A stretch of DNA of 64,000 nucleotides from Patescibacteria group bacterium (lineage in GTDB: Bacteria; Patescibacteriota; Gracilibacteria; UBA1369; PNNO01). Positions 60,949-64,000 of the stretch are shown here, one piece after another (position 1 is the stretch's first letter; the number at the start of each line of letters is the position of its first letter). The translations under genes were made by a program, and so were the position numbers. The stretch lies in assembly GCA_042568575.1 (NCBI GenBank), contig JBHPIO010000001.1:32001-96000 (forward strand), given 5' to 3'. The notes below the pieces were generated by a model. The model was not told where the DNA came from. It ran no database searches and saw nothing but the letters and a program-made list of their open reading frames with translations.

Positions 60949-61014
60949 TCATATGAAGATGTGCCTTACTAATATAGCTAGTTTCTGCTAGAATGCAAGA
61001 AGTATGAATAATGA

Positions 61015-62899
<1,885 letters not shown>

Positions 62900-62900
<1 letters not shown>

Positions 62901-63589
62901 TGATTAAATCAGATCTTACAAAACCGCTAACTATGGCTCATGCAGGCGGTATTGGACATGGGCGCGAGAATACACTTGAAGCAGTTTTGGCTGTAAACAA
63001 ACATAATCCGGATATAATTGAACTTGATATTCGTAAAAGCAAAGACGGTATTCTATTTTGTTATCATGGGACAGGGATATTAGGCTTTATAAAAGCATAC
63101 TTTTTGCAATTCTCGTCATTTAGTTCGATCAAAAAACTAATCAAAGTGGATACATTGGAAAAAATTCTCTCATCAATTCAGGATAGAAAGATATTTTTCT
63201 TGGACATAAAGCAAAGGAATATAACTTCACAGGACATAAGTGACGCATGCAATGATGATAATCACGAAATATGGATAGCTGCATTCTCGTTAAAATATTT
63301 AAAAAAACTAAAGAATGAATTAGGAAATAAGTATAAATATATTTACAATTTTGGATTCCTTCAATTCAAAAAAGGATTGAGAAAAGCGAATAAAAGCGGT
63401 ATAGACGCTTTTCAAATATTCTCATGGCAATGCAATAAAACTAATACAGGGATGATTGGAAAATTAGGGTTATCTTTTGCGATATGGATCGGGTTTATTT
63501 CAAAAAAAAGATATTTAGAATTAATTAATAAATACGGCTCATTATGGATATGTAAGGATAGTTTTCCTCATGAACATAAAACAGCTTGA
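62900..63589 (+). CDS. Glycerophosphodiester phosphodiesterase-family protein (divergent)
   Basis: AH.GG....ENTL, IELDIR.SKDG...C.H, LDIK. Confidence 0.7.
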
Positions 63590-63640
63590 TTTTTACACAA
63601 GTTTTAATTAAAGTTATTGGGCAATTTAACGACAAAAACC

Positions 63641-64000
63641 ATGTTCGCAATAGTAGAAATAGCAGGGAAACAATATAAAGTGACCCAAAATGACAAGATA
63701 GAAGTAGATCGTCTTCAACAAGACAAAGGTAAAATCACTTTTGATAAAGTTCTTTTGTACGCAAAAGATGACAAAGATGTAAGCATTGGAAATCCATATG
63801 TTAATGGAGCATCAGTGGAAGCTGAAGTTCTTGAAAACATTCGTGGAGACAAAATTCGAGTATTCAAAATGAAACCTAAGAAAAGATATGCAAAAACAAT
63901 AGGACACAGAACAGATTTAACTGTTATAGAGATCAAGAAAATCAACGCTGGTGCAACAAAAAAATCAGCGGCTCCGAAGAAAGAAGCAGAGCCTAAAGAA
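63641..64000 (+). CDS. rplU: 50S ribosomal protein L21 (runs off the window; Lys/Ala-rich C-terminal extension)
   Basis: Not in the ORF track. ATG at 63641 reads MFAIVEIAGKQYKV...IGNPYV.GA.V...FKMKPKKRY....GHR. Confidence 0.95.
   Translation, partial: MFAIVEIAGKQYKVTQNDKIEVDRLQQDKGKITFDKVLLYAKDDKDVSIGNPYVNGASVEAEVLENIRGDKIRVFKMKPKKRYAKTIGHRTDLTVIEIKKINAGATKKSAAPKKEAEPKE

Noticed and set aside
60708-60956. ORFs 60708..60956 (+) and 60716..60952 (-)
   Set aside because: They overlap tRNA-Leu and a promoter; spurious
63715-63945. 76-aa minus-strand ORF
   Set aside because: Antisense shadow of rplU

Overview
AT-rich chromosomal segment of a reduced-genome bacterium, most likely Patescibacteria/CPR (Peregrinibacteria-like). 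This is inferred from the VirD4-like ATPase, VirB2-like pilin, sigma-70 region 4/HARE-HTH proteins, SLH surface proteins and few Shine-Dalgarno sites. TGA acts as a stop codon, so the code is standard code 11. Most of the window is housekeeping: valS, glyQS, cysS, rlmN, dtd, murC, queA, rpsB-tsf, der, uvrC, obg-pth, rplU and three tRNAs. It also carries some biosynthesis genes (nadA/nadC, ribBA, ilvE). The main points of interest are as follows. (1) An integrase-less, integron-like cassette array at about 19.3-24.1 kb beside tRNA-Met, in which two attC-like sites appear split with lipoprotein genes lying between their arms. (2) An ilvE / PKD-7TM / ATP-grasp-retropepsin-DUF1704 (MATCAP-like) operon that puts a putative peptide-tag writer and eraser in one protein. 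(3) A partner-switching signalling set (PP2C, two STAS proteins, an RsbW-like kinase, PrsW) linked to an NTT-like MFS-HEAT transporter. (4) A candidate small RNA hairpin with an anti-Shine-Dalgarno loop. (5) UvrC with a GNAT-like insertion and no HhH tail. (6) Duplicated sigma4/HARE-HTH genes. All calls come from manual motif recognition; no database searches were run.
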